From NCBI GenBank assembly GCA_019114665.1, contig DXFB01000139.1, positions 1 to 38,605 on the forward strand: a stretch of DNA of 38,605 nt, written 5' to 3'. Origin of the DNA: Candidatus Barnesiella excrementipullorum. GTDB taxonomy: Bacteria > Bacteroidota > Bacteroidia > Bacteroidales > Barnesiellaceae_A. The number at the start of each line of letters is the position of its first letter. Within the stretch, counting starts at the first letter, position 1. Both the position numbers and the translations under genes were made by a program. Of this stretch, positions 1 to 9,542 are shown in pieces. The notes beneath the pieces were generated by a model. The model was not told the origin of the DNA. It searched no databases and saw only the letters and a program-made list of their open reading frames with translations.

Positions 1-2
1 AA

Positions 3-2819
3 GTCTACCTGGGATACACCTTCCAAAAGTGCCGCGAAATGGAGATAGGACTCGGTCTCGACCTCAAAGGCGGTATGAACGTTATCCTGCAAATTTCAGT
101 GGCCGATGTATTGAAGTCGCTCTCGAACAACAATCCCGACGTCAACTTCAACCAAGCCATCGCCAACGCTGTTGCCAACCAGGCCGACAACAACGACTTC
201 CTGAACGTATTCCTCGCAGAGTACAAGAAAATCGACCCGGACGTTAGGCTTTCGGCCATTTTCAGTACCATACAACTGAAAGACCGCATCAAGCCCAATG
301 CCTCCAACGAGGAAGTGATAAGCGTATTGCGCGAAGAACTGAACACAGCCATAGACAACTCATACAACGTATTGCGTAACCGTATCGACCGCTTCGGCGT
401 TGTCGCTCCCAATATCCAGAAACTCGAAAGAGACGGCCGCATCCTCATCGAGATGCCCGGTATCAAAGAGCCCGAGCGCGTACGCAAACTTCTGCAAGGT
501 ACTGCCAACCTCGAATTCTGGGAGACCTACAAAGTAGAAGAGGTATTCCCGAAAATGCAAGCCATCAACAACGAGCTTGCTGCCTCGATAGCTGCCAATG
601 CCGAAGTTGTTGCCGAGGAGGCTGCTCCCGCAGCAGAGACCGAGGCTGCCGCTGCCGACACAACCGCTGCTGACAGTACTGCCGTTTCGAGCCTCAAAGA
701 GCAACTCGCAGGCGAAGAGATGGACGAGTCGAAACAGTTGGAGCAATTCCGCAAACAGAACCCGCTCTTTGCCGTTCTGCAACCTGCCGAGTACCAAGGC
801 TCGCCCGTTCTCGGTATAGCCAACAAGAAAGACACGGCCGAAGTAAACAAAATCTTGTCGAGCAGAATGGCTCGCGAAATATTGCCCTCGAACCTCGTTC
901 CCTGCTGGTCGGTAAAAGCCATCGACGAGAAAGACACATACTACCAACTCATCGCCCTCAAATCGGGCAAGGGCGGCAGAGCTGCCATGTCGGGTGATGT
1001 AGTTACCAGCGCACGCGACGACTTCGACAAATATCGCGGCGGCTCGGTCGTACACATGGAGATGAACGGCGAGGGTGCCAAAGAGTGGGAGAAACTCACC
1101 GGCAACAACATCGGCAACGCCATTGCCATCGTCCTCGACAACCAAGTATATTCGTTCCCCAATGTCAGCAGCGCCATCAGCGGCGGTAGCTCCGAAATCT
1201 CGGGCAGCTTCACCCCCGAAGAGGCAAAAGACTTGGCCAACGTGCTCAACTCGGGTAAAATGGCTGCCGGCATCCACATCATACAAGAAGACGTAATAGG
1301 TCCTTCGCTTGGACAAGAGGCTATCACCAGCGGAACCATCTCGTTTGTCATAGCGCTGATTATCCTGATGGCATACATGATTATCATGTACGGTTGGATT
1401 CCGGGCTTGATAGTAGACTTCGGTCTGATACTCAACGGATTCTTCACACTCGGTATCCTGGCTTCGTTGCAAGCCGTGCTCACCCTCTCGGGTATCGCCG
1501 GTCTTATCTTGTCGTTGGGTATGGCGGTCGATGCCAACGTGCTCATCTACGAGCGTTGTAAGGAAGAACTTCGTGCCGGTAAAAATCTGAAATCTGCCGT
1601 CGCCGACGGTTACAAGAATGCTTTCTCGGCCATCTTCGACTCTAACTTAACCTCTATCATCACCGGTGTCATCCTCCTGTTCTACGGTACAGGTCCTATC
1701 AAAGGTTTTGCCACTACGTTGATTATAGGTCTTTTGGTTTCGTTCTTCATCGCTATATTCATTACGCGTATCTTAATCGAAAGCGGTATCGAAAGAGGCT
1801 GGTTCAAGAACCTTACATTCACAACCCGCGTATCTCAGAACCTGCTCTTAAACAACAATATCGACTTCCTGGGCAAACGCAAGGCAAGCTACATCGTATG
1901 CCTCATCCTGGTAGTAGTCATGGGCGTTTCTCTCGGTATGCGCGGATTGAGCCAAGGTATCGACTTCTCGGGCGGTCGCAACTATGTTGTACGCTTCGAT
2001 AAGGCCGTGAAGACACAAGAGATAGCCAACATGCTCGAACCCCAATTCGAAGGCAGCTCTCTCTCGGTTATCACTATCACCAGCGAAAACCAAGTGCGCA
2101 TCTCTACCAACTACCGCATCGCCGACAATGACGAAGGCATCGATGCCGAAATTGTAGAGAAACTCTACACGGGCTTGCAACCGATGTTGGGCGACAAGAC
2201 CATAGAGCAGTTCCAAGCAGACAACATCATGAGCGTACAAAAAGTAGGACCCTCTATTGCCGACGACATCAAGACGGGTGCATTCTGGTCGGTTCTCTTC
2301 TCGATCATCGCCATTGCGCTCTACATCCTGTTCCGCTTCAAAGACATCTCGTTCAGCGTAGGTACACTGGTATCACTGGCATTCACAACATTTGTCATCA
2401 TAGGTCTCTACTCGGTATTCTACGGCATATTGCCCTTCTCTATGGAGATAGACCAGACCTTCATCGCGGCTATCCTTACTGTGATAGGTTACGCCATCAA
2501 CGATACGGTGGTGGTATTCGACCGCATCCGCGAGATGATGCAGCTCTACCCCAAACGTAATCGCCGTGAGGTTATCAACTACGCCCTCAACAGCACCCTG
2601 TCGCGTACGTTGAACACATCGTCGAGTACGTTGATAGTATTGATTATCATCCTCTTCATCGGTGCCGATACGTTGCGCAGCTTCGTATTTGCCATGGTTG
2701 TAGGTATCATCGTCGGTACGTTTGCCACCCTGTTTGTCGCAACACCTATCGCTTACGACATGCAACGCCGCAAACTGAAAAAACAAGGTATCGACGTAGA
2801 GGAAACACCTGCGAAATAA
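3..2819 (+). CDS. secDF: Protein translocase subunit SecDF (fused), 5' end lies upstream of the window
   Basis: The frame is open from position 3 (VYLGYTFQKCREMEIGLGLDLKGG). It has the SecD GG motif LGLDLKGG, GMAVDANVLIYER, the second GG motif GIDFSGG and SecF GYAINDTVVVFDRIRE, with two blocks of TM helices. Confidence 0.97.
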   Translation, partial: VYLGYTFQKCREMEIGLGLDLKGGMNVILQISVADVLKSLSNNNPDVNFNQAIANAVANQADNNDFLNVFLAEYKKIDPDVRLSAIFSTIQLKDRIKPNASNEEVISVLREELNTAIDNSYNVLRNRIDRFGVVAPNIQKLERDGRILIEMPGIKEPERVRKLLQGTANLEFWETYKVEEVFPKMQAINNELAASIAANAEVVAEEAAPAAETEAAAADTTAADSTAVSSLKEQLAGEEMDESKQLEQFRKQNPLFAVLQPAEYQGSPVLGIANKKDTAEVNKILSSRMAREILPSNLVPCWSVKAIDEKDTYYQLIALKSGKGGRAAMSGDVVTSARDDFDKYRGGSVVHMEMNGEGAKEWEKLTGNNIGNAIAIVLDNQVYSFPNVSSAISGGSSEISGSFTPEEAKDLANVLNSGKMAAGIHIIQEDVIGPSLGQEAITSGTISFVIALIILMAYMIIMYGWIPGLIVDFGLILNGFFTLGILASLQAVLTLSGIAGLILSLGMAVDANVLIYERCKEELRAGKNLKSAVADGYKNAFSAIFDSNLTSIITGVILLFYGTGPIKGFATTLIIGLLVSFFIAIFITRILIESGIERGWFKNLTFTTRVSQNLLLNNNIDFLGKRKASYIVCLILVVVMGVSLGMRGLSQGIDFSGGRNYVVRFDKAVKTQEIANMLEPQFEGSSLSVITITSENQVRISTNYRIADNDEGIDAEIVEKLYTGLQPMLGDKTIEQFQADNIMSVQKVGPSIADDIKTGAFWSVLFSIIAIALYILFRFKDISFSVGTLVSLAFTTFVIIGLYSVFYGILPFSMEIDQTFIAAILTVIGYAINDTVVVFDRIREMMQLYPKRNRREVINYALNSTLSRTLNTSSSTLIVLIIILFIGADTLRSFVFAMVVGIIVGTFATLFVATPIAYDMQRRKLKKQGIDVEETPAK

Positions 2820-2838
2820 CAAACATACCTTCTGATAC

Positions 2839-2874
2839 AAAATATCCCGGCAAAACTTGTCGGGATATTTTTTT
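2839..2874 (+). terminator. Intrinsic terminator of secDF
   Basis: AAAATATCCCGGCAA-aac-TTGTCGGGATATTTT stem (one G-U pair) running into a T tract, 20 nt after the secDF stop. Confidence 0.85.
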
Positions 2875-3046
2875 GCATCAAAAGGAGCAGGGAGAGAGAA
2901 TGCAGGAGCCCGAAAACATCCCATACACCGATAGCAGAGAGAGCCGTATAGCACCCCGCCGCCTCACCGACATATATTTTTAGGTGGGGGGAAAGGAACG
3001 AGGTAGAATCGCCGCAATCAACGCCTCCATCTCAGCCATCACCACA

Positions 3047-3090
3047 AACAACACCCCCTTGCCACACAAGCGTGGCAAGGGGGTGTTGTT
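3047..3090 (-). terminator. Perfect 19-bp hairpin, likely prfB terminator
   Basis: AACAACACCCCCTTGCCAC-acaagc-GTGGCAAGGGGGTGTTGTT, about 30 nt downstream of the prfB stop, with a G/U-rich tail on the minus strand. Confidence 0.75.
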
Positions 3091-3118
3091 GCTACAAAAG
3101 TCCACCGACAAGAGCTTG

Positions 3119-4229
3119 TTACTGGTCGCCAAACTCCATGAGATAGGCTTTTATAAAATCGTCTATTTCACCATCCATCACACGATTTACATCCGAGGTC
3201 TGATGGTTGGTACGGTGGTCCTTTACACGGCGGTCGTCAAACACATAACTGCGTATCTGCGAACCCCACTCTATTTTCTTTTTACCGGCCTCTATCTTGG
3301 CCTGCTCCTCCATGCGGTGCTTCAACTCCTTGTCGTACAAGATAGAACGCAATTGCCGCATGGCATTCTCCTTATTCTTGGGCTGGTCGCGGGTCTCGGT
3401 ATTCTCAATGAGGATTTCCTCCTCCTCCCCCGTATAAGGGTCCTTATATTGGTAACGCAGGCGCACACCCGACTCCACTTTATTGACATTCTGGCCACCG
3501 GCACCGCCCGAGCGGAAGGTATCCCACGAAATCGCCGCAGGACTGATGTTTACCTCTATCGTATCATCCACAAGGGGAGTGACAAATACCGATGCAAACG
3601 AAGTCATGCGCTTACCCTGTGCATTATAGGGCGAAACCCTCACTAAACGGTGCACACCGTTCTCGCTTTTCAGATACCCGTAGGCAAAGTCTCCGTCGAT
3701 TTGTATCGTCACCGACTTGATACCGGCCTCATCCCCTTCAATGAGATGCTCTATGGCCACTTTGTAGTTGTGACGCTCACCCCAACGAAGATACAGGCGC
3801 ATCAGCATCTGTGCCCAATCCTGGCTTTCGGTACCACCGGCACCTGAGTTGATTTTGAGCATTGCGCCCAACTTATCCTCCTCGCGGCGCAACATGTTGC
3901 GCAATTCGAGATTCTCTACCAAGGCTATGGCGCGTGCATAAGCGGCATCTACATCGGCCTCCTCTACGACGCCCTCCTTGTTAAACTCGAAAGCGAGCGA
4001 GAGCTCCTCCACGGCACTTTCCACCTCGGTGTAGCCCTCTATCCACGAGCGTATGCCCTTAATTTTGCGCATCTGTTGTTCGGCCTTTTTCTGGTCGTCC
4101 CAGAAGCCGGGAGCTTGGGTGCGCAACTCCTCTTCTTCGACTTCTATTTTCTTCGCATCGATGTCAAAGATACCTCCTCAACGCCAACTTGCGTTCTTCC
4201 GTCTCTTTTAATTGTTCCTGTGTAATCAT
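3119..4229 (-). CDS. prfB: Peptide chain release factor 2, two frames joined by a +1 programmed frameshift (join 4229..4167, 4165..3119; 369 aa)
   Basis: GGQ motif (SGGAGGQNVNKVES), GAGGTESQDWA and RLVRVSPY. The upstream frame reads MITQEQLKETEERKLALRRYL*, then AGGAGG-TAT-CTT-TGA-C, and continues DIDAKKIEVEEEELRTQAP. Confidence 0.97.
4163..4178 (-). promoter_or_regulatory. RF2 +1 frameshift cassette (internal SD AGGAGG plus CTT-TGA-C)
   Basis: The minus strand reads AGGAGG (4178-4173) TAT CTT TGA C (4169-4163), the canonical prfB shift site. Confidence 0.95.
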
Positions 4230-4265
4230 CCGTTTAATAATTAGTTGTTATACTCCTTTTTACCC

Positions 4266-4306
4266 ATAAGAAAAGGGCGTACAAAGATAGTACGTCCTCC
4301 TCTTAT
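4266..4306 (-). terminator. Hairpin downstream of the acyl-CoA ligase, with a TAnnTTTG box in its loop
   Basis: Minus strand ATAAGAGGAGGACGTAC-TATCTTT-GTACGCCCTTTTCTTAT. TATCTTTG lies at 4289-4282. Confidence 0.55.
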
Positions 4307-4327
4307 ATGCCAATATTTCAAAGGCAA

Positions 4328-6133
4328 TTAAGCATACATTGCCTCTATTTCCTTACTATACAGCTTGTTGATGATAGCCCGGCGCAACTTCAACGTGTTG
4401 GTGAGCTCACCGCGCTCCATCGTGAACGCATGGGGCAGCAACGTAAATCGCTTGATTTGCTCGAAACGGGCAAAACCCGATTGCAGGCGAGCGATACGCT
4501 CCTCTATCAGCTTGACAATCTCTTTGTTGCGGACCAAGTCTTCGAGCGTACGATACTGTATCTGCATCTTACGGGCATACTCCGAGAGCGCCTCATACGC
4601 CGGAACGATAATGGCGGTAACATACTTGCGCTGGTCGCCTATAACGGCCACCTGCTCGATATACTTGTCGCCACCGAGGCAGCTCTCTATCGCCTGCGGC
4701 GCGATATACTTGCCATTGGAGGTCTTGAAGAGGTCTTTGATGCGTTCGGTAAGCACCACGCGGCCATCCTCTACCTTACCGGCATCGCCTGTACGGAACC
4801 AGCCGTCGGCCGTAAAAACAGCAGCCGTCTCGGCAGGTTTCTTATAATAACCCTTCATGACGGTGCGCCCCTTCACCAATATTTCGTTGTTCTCGCCCAA
4901 ACGCACCTGTACATCGGGCATCACCGTTCCTACGGTTCCCAAACGGTAGTCGTTGGGGTCGTAACACGATACAGAGGCTGTGGTCTCCGACAGGCCGTAG
5001 CCATAGATGATAGATATGCCGCAAGCGTGCAGGAACTCGTTGATGGTATCGCTGAGCGGCGCGCCGGCCACGGGGAAGAAGTTGCCACGCTCTATACCGA
5101 TGGTCTTGCGCAGCTTCGAGAATACCAACTTATCGAAAATCTTGTATTGACACTCTGTAAAGAACGGCACGCGACGGTTTGAGGCTATATACTCTACATT
5201 ACGGCGACGGCCCACTTCCAAGGCCTTATTTATCATATATGCCGATATGCCCTTGCGCGAAGCTATGAAATCCTGTACGGCGGCATATACTTTTTCCCAA
5301 AAACGGGGGACGCTGCACATAAGCGTAGGACGTATCTCCTTGACGGCCTTCTGTATCTCCTTGGGATTGTGGTTGATGGCGATACGCATACCTACTGTCA
5401 GGCAGAAATAACTCCATGCACGCTCGAAAATATGCGTCTGAGGCAAGAAGCAGAGCGACAAATCGTTGTCGCTGCATGTTACAAGGCGTTGCAGGTGTAT
5501 GCGCATTGCCTCATCGTAATTGGCATGCGTCAGCATCACGCCTTTGGGCTCTCCCGTGGTTCCCGACGTATATATCAAGGTAGCCAAGTCATCGGGTGTG
5601 CCCGCCTCACGGCGACTCTTCACAACAGCCGCCTCGGCCTCGGTAGCCTCTTGGCCCATTGCAAGGAACTCGTCGTAATAGATGGCCATCTTATCGTCGG
5701 CGGCCAGAGTCACATGCGGGTCGAATATCACGACATGCTCTACCGACGGACACGCTCCGGCAGCGGCACGCCACACATCGTATTGCGGCTGCCCGCCTAT
5801 AAAGAGCAAGCGAGACTCAGTCTCGCGTATGATATAGCTTATCTGCTCAACCGAGCTCGTAGCATACAACGGGGCTATGACCGCACGATTGGCAAAAGCT
5901 GCAAAATCTACCACAAAACCGCCTAAACAGTTCTGCGTGAATACAGCTATATTCTCTTGTTCACCTATTCCTAACCTGTGTATTGATAAAGCGGCTGTAT
6001 CTACCAACTGTGAGAATTCATTCCACGAGGCCGAAAGCCACTTGCCGGTTTCATAATCCTGGTACTTGAATACTTCACGATTGCCATATTTCGACGCTTG
6101 TCGATGCGGCAATGACGTCAATAAATTAGTCAT
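4328..6133 (-). CDS. Long-chain fatty acid--CoA ligase (AMP-dependent synthetase, FadD15-like)
   Basis: YTSGTTGEPKG, YGYGLSET, GWFRTGDAG, RIKDLFKTSNGKYIAP and ELTNTLKLRR motifs. Confidence 0.93.
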   Translation of the reverse strand: MTNLLTSLPHRQASKYGNREVFKYQDYETGKWLSASWNEFSQLVDTAALSIHRLGIGEQENIAVFTQNCLGGFVVDFAAFANRAVIAPLYATSSVEQISYIIRETESRLLFIGGQPQYDVWRAAAGACPSVEHVVIFDPHVTLAADDKMAIYYDEFLAMGQEATEAEAAVVKSRREAGTPDDLATLIYTSGTTGEPKGVMLTHANYDEAMRIHLQRLVTCSDNDLSLCFLPQTHIFERAWSYFCLTVGMRIAINHNPKEIQKAVKEIRPTLMCSVPRFWEKVYAAVQDFIASRKGISAYMINKALEVGRRRNVEYIASNRRVPFFTECQYKIFDKLVFSKLRKTIGIERGNFFPVAGAPLSDTINEFLHACGISIIYGYGLSETTASVSCYDPNDYRLGTVGTVMPDVQVRLGENNEILVKGRTVMKGYYKKPAETAAVFTADGWFRTGDAGKVEDGRVVLTERIKDLFKTSNGKYIAPQAIESCLGGDKYIEQVAVIGDQRKYVTAIIVPAYEALSEYARKMQIQYRTLEDLVRNKEIVKLIEERIARLQSGFARFEQIKRFTLLPHAFTMERGELTNTLKLRRAIINKLYSKEIEAMYA

Positions 6134-6157
6134 ATATATTCAATATAAATTCCGACG

Positions 6158-6165
6158 CAAAGGTA
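6158..6165 (-). promoter_or_regulatory. Bacteroidota -7 promoter box (TACCTTTG) for the acyl-CoA ligase
   Basis: Exact TAnnTTTG match about 25 nt upstream of the ATG at 6133. Confidence 0.6.
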
Positions 6166-6539
6166 CACAAAAACCATTATTCCACCTCTTCATGGGCACA
6201 GAAACAGAGAGAGTTGTATGATTTTCCGGTCCTTAGGCATCTCTCTTTCGGCGATACAGCTATCTACAATAAGGTTCACGGCAGAAACTTAAAAAAAAGT
6301 TATTATTCGCAACTTTTGGTTTTTTTGGAAAATGAAATATACTATTTTAACCAATCTTAGACGCTATCCCTCCCAATCGTCACACAAAAACACCCTGCCG
6401 GAACTCCCCGGGGACACCGTTTTTTGGTGAAATTATGTAGAAAAACGCTATACGCAAAAGCATATATGTGAAGTTTTAGCTATTTTCGCATGAATATTCG
6501 TAAACCCGATGCATGCAGCATCAATTAAATATCACAACC

Positions 6540-6980
6540 ATGTCTATACAAGTCTCGGTCATTAACCGCTCGCACCATCCGCTGCCACAATATGCCACCC
6601 CCTTATCGGCCGGAATGGATTTGCGGGCCAATCTTGAAACGCCCATAACCATACAACCCGGACAGCGGCTGCTGGTGCCTACGGGGCTATATATCGCCTT
6701 GCCCGAGGGGTATGAGGCCCAGATACGCCCGCGCAGCGGACTTGCCATCAAACATGGCATTACCGTACTCAACTCACCGGGAACCATCGACGCCGACTAC
6801 CGGGGCGAGATAAATATCATTCTTGTAAACCTATCGGAGAAGCCTTTCACCATAGAAGACGGTGAACGCATCGCACAAATGGTCGTAGCCCGTCACGACA
6901 GAGCAGAGTGGGTAGAGACGACAGTTCTCGACGAAACCCAACGCGGCAGCGGCGGATTTGGCCATACCGGAACAAAATAA
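6540..6980 (+). CDS. dut: dUTP diphosphatase
   Basis: [36 protein letters not shown] and [10 protein letters not shown]. The ATG at 6540 is preferred over 6513. Confidence 0.97.
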   Translation: MSIQVSVINRSHHPLPQYATPLSAGMDLRANLETPITIQPGQRLLVPTGLYIALPEGYEAQIRPRSGLAIKHGITVLNSPGTIDADYRGEINIILVNLSEKPFTIEDGERIAQMVVARHDRAEWVETTVLDETQRGSGGFGHTGTK

Positions 6981-6990
6981 TACTCTCTAC

Positions 6991-8721
6991 ATGAAGCATC
7001 CCGGCCTCATACTCCTATACGTCACAGCCTTCTGGCTCCTTCTGCTATCATCTTGCAGTGGTTCGCGACAGGCTGCCGCTCTCGCCGACGAGAACATGCG
7101 GCAACTCTATAACTACTACTACACAGAGGGTGAACGGCAACGGCTTTTAGGCAACAACGATGCAGCTTTCGCCCTCCTCTCCGAGGCATCGCGCATCGAC
7201 ACGGCTGCTCCGGCTGCACAATTTGCACTGGCCAACTATTATATCGGTCTCAACCAGGCCGATACCGCCGTATATATGCTGCGCAAGGCCGCCGAAGGCG
7301 ACACGACCCAATATTGGTACAACTTCTCCTATGCCCGCGTAGCCTCCCTTACCGGATTGAAAGACGAAGCCGTGAGGATATGGAAAAGAGTGGTACGCCA
7401 AAACCCCGACAAGCCCGAGCTAAACTATGCCCTTGCCGATGCTCTCGTCACACAAGGCGATGTAAAGGCAGCATTGGCATGCTACGACTCTTTGGAGAAC
7501 TCCATGGGGCTCTCCGAGCAGCTCACCATCAAGAAGATGGAACTGCACGAACAGATTGGCGACACTACCGCGATGATAGCCGAGGCCGAGAATCTGCAAA
7601 AGGCTTTCCCTACCAACACCTCCTATATGTTGCTGCTGGGCGACGTATATGCCAACCTGCACCGCGACAGCGCCGCGTGGGAAATCTACAAGAAGGTAGG
7701 CCGCCTCGAACCCGACAACGGATACCTGTACCTCTCGCGAGCCTCATACTACTCGCTGCAAGGCGACTCGGCGGCATACCACCGGGAAATGAAGGCAGCG
7801 CTTGCCAACGGGAACATCGACATGGAGACGAAGCTGGGCATCTTCCGCGAGTACATTGCCGCCCTTGTCGCCAAACAAGTCAACTTAGAGGCCCTCGACA
7901 CACTCTATGTAGGTATCATAGAACAATATCCGCAAGAACCACTGGTAAGGCAGCTATACGGATTCTATCTCTACGTTGTCAAAAATTATCCGCGTGCCCG
8001 CGAACAATACTCCATCGCGGCCGACCTCGCCCCTACCGAGGCCGACACTTGGATACGCCTGATGGCTTTATACCTCATGGACGAAGAGTATGAGACAGCT
8101 ATCGAGACCGGCAAACGGGCCTTGCAGTATGTACACGACAACCCCACTATCTACGAAATGACGAGTGCCTCTCTCGTACAGCAGAACCGATATGAAGAGG
8201 CGGCCCGAATCCTCATTACCGCCATAGATACATGCGCCAACACCTCCCCGCAGCAACTCTCTTCGCTATACGGGCAACTGGGCGACATATATCACCAGAC
8301 CGGCCGGAAAAACGAGGCTTACGAGCAATACGACAAAGCCCTGAACCTATACGCATCCAACATAGCCGTACTCAACAATTACAGCTATTTCCTCGCCCTC
8401 GAAGAGAGAGAGCTCTCGAAAGCCGAGCGAATGAGCGCAATGACCATCAAAGAGTATCCCGACGAACCCACATACCTCGACACCTATGCCTACATCCTCT
8501 TCAAAAAAGGGAGCTACTCCCTGGCTCGCATCTATATAGAACGCGCCATTGAGAAAAGCAAAGAGCCGAGTGCCGAGATTCTCGAACATTACGGCGACAT
8601 ACTCGCCTGCCTCGGAGAGACCGATGCCGCTGTCGAACAATGGCAAAAGGCACTCGATGCCGGGGGCGAAAAAGAACTCTTGGAAAAGAAAATAGCACAA
8701 AGAGAATACATAGCACCATGA
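6991..8721 (+). CDS. Tetratricopeptide repeat lipoprotein
   Basis: Signal peptide with lipobox LSSC, multiple TPR-like helices, VLNNYSYFLA and TYLDTYAYILF..EHYGDIL. Confidence 0.85.
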   Translation: MKHPGLILLYVTAFWLLLLSSCSGSRQAAALADENMRQLYNYYYTEGERQRLLGNNDAAFALLSEASRIDTAAPAAQFALANYYIGLNQADTAVYMLRKAAEGDTTQYWYNFSYARVASLTGLKDEAVRIWKRVVRQNPDKPELNYALADALVTQGDVKAALACYDSLENSMGLSEQLTIKKMELHEQIGDTTAMIAEAENLQKAFPTNTSYMLLLGDVYANLHRDSAAWEIYKKVGRLEPDNGYLYLSRASYYSLQGDSAAYHREMKAALANGNIDMETKLGIFREYIAALVAKQVNLEALDTLYVGIIEQYPQEPLVRQLYGFYLYVVKNYPRAREQYSIAADLAPTEADTWIRLMALYLMDEEYETAIETGKRALQYVHDNPTIYEMTSASLVQQNRYEEAARILITAIDTCANTSPQQLSSLYGQLGDIYHQTGRKNEAYEQYDKALNLYASNIAVLNNYSYFLALEERELSKAERMSAMTIKEYPDEPTYLDTYAYILFKKGSYSLARIYIERAIEKSKEPSAEILEHYGDILACLGETDAAVEQWQKALDAGGEKELLEKKIAQREYIAP

Positions 8722-9542
8722 AACGGACAGGACAAATAGCCATACTCATCCTTCTCTTATGCCTCACCGGCTGTAAAAGCAAAGAAGCCGCAGGCTCCCG
8801 TACACCCGCGGGAGAGAAAAACGAAGCTGAGCGATTCCATGAATTGTTGGAGACTTACAGTACGTGGGAAACCTTTACGGCCAAAGCCTCTGCATCCGTC
8901 TCGGGTGCCGGGCTGCGCTCTTCCATAGAGGTGCGTATGATACGGGGCAAAGCCGTACAGGTATCCATCAGACCGTTGTTGGGCATAGAGATAGGGCGCC
9001 TGCTCATGACGACCGACAGCATATATATATACGACAAATTCCACCGCCGCTATGTCGCCGAGTCGTTGCAAACCCTCTATGACATCCTACCCGTAGCCGT
9101 CACACCGCTCGACTTGCAGAATGTTTTGCTGGGGCAGCCATTTATCTTCGGAGAAACGGCGTTGCGACCTTCCGACTACAAAAAGTTCGACATCATCTCG
9201 GGCGAAAACGGTGACTGGGCATTACAACCTCAAAAACAATATCGCGACTTTACCTACCGTTTTCTACTCAACGGCAACAACCTCTTGGGTATGCAAGCAT
9301 ACCAAAACAACACCCTCCGGCAGATAAGCAGCACATACGCCGACCACCGCAAGGCCGACGGCAAAGTACTGCCCTCTTCCGTACAGATAACAGCACAAGG
9401 GGGCTCCCGCAAATATACGCTCAACATCAACTACGACCCCTCGTCGGCGGTGTGGGACAATAACATAGACATAGAGAAGCTCCCCACTACCGGGTATACC
9501 GTCATGACATTCTCCCAACTCCTTAAATCGCTGATACCATGA
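8718..9542 (+). CDS. DUF4292-family lipoprotein (possibly LolB-like)
   Basis: ATGA overlap with the TPR gene and lipobox LTGC. SIRPLLGIEIGRLLMTTDSIYIYDK and LQNVLLG resemble DUF4292. It sits in the usual Bacteroidota dut-TPR-DUF4292-envC order. Confidence 0.75.
   Translation: MKRTGQIAILILLLCLTGCKSKEAAGSRTPAGEKNEAERFHELLETYSTWETFTAKASASVSGAGLRSSIEVRMIRGKAVQVSIRPLLGIEIGRLLMTTDSIYIYDKFHRRYVAESLQTLYDILPVAVTPLDLQNVLLGQPFIFGETALRPSDYKKFDIISGENGDWALQPQKQYRDFTYRFLLNGNNLLGMQAYQNNTLRQISSTYADHRKADGKVLPSSVQITAQGGSRKYTLNINYDPSSAVWDNNIDIEKLPTTGYTVMTFSQLLKSLIP

Noticed and set aside
590-700. Ala/Glu/Thr-rich quasi-repeats in secDF, and the Gly-rich tail at 20236-20307
   Set aside because: These are low-complexity protein linkers, not DNA repeat arrays or CRISPR.
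360-1472. Long antisense ORFs over secDF, and similarly over nrdD (33823-34914), DHOR (29885-30868) and others
   Set aside because: They are shadows of strongly biased codon usage on the coding strand, have no recognisable motifs and overlap confident genes completely.
6134-6539. 400-bp AT-rich intergenic region with A8 and T7 tracts as an origin, sRNA or phase-variable switch
   Set aside because: I found no DnaA-box cluster, invertible-repeat pair or stable structure. It is consistent with an ordinary divergent promoter region.
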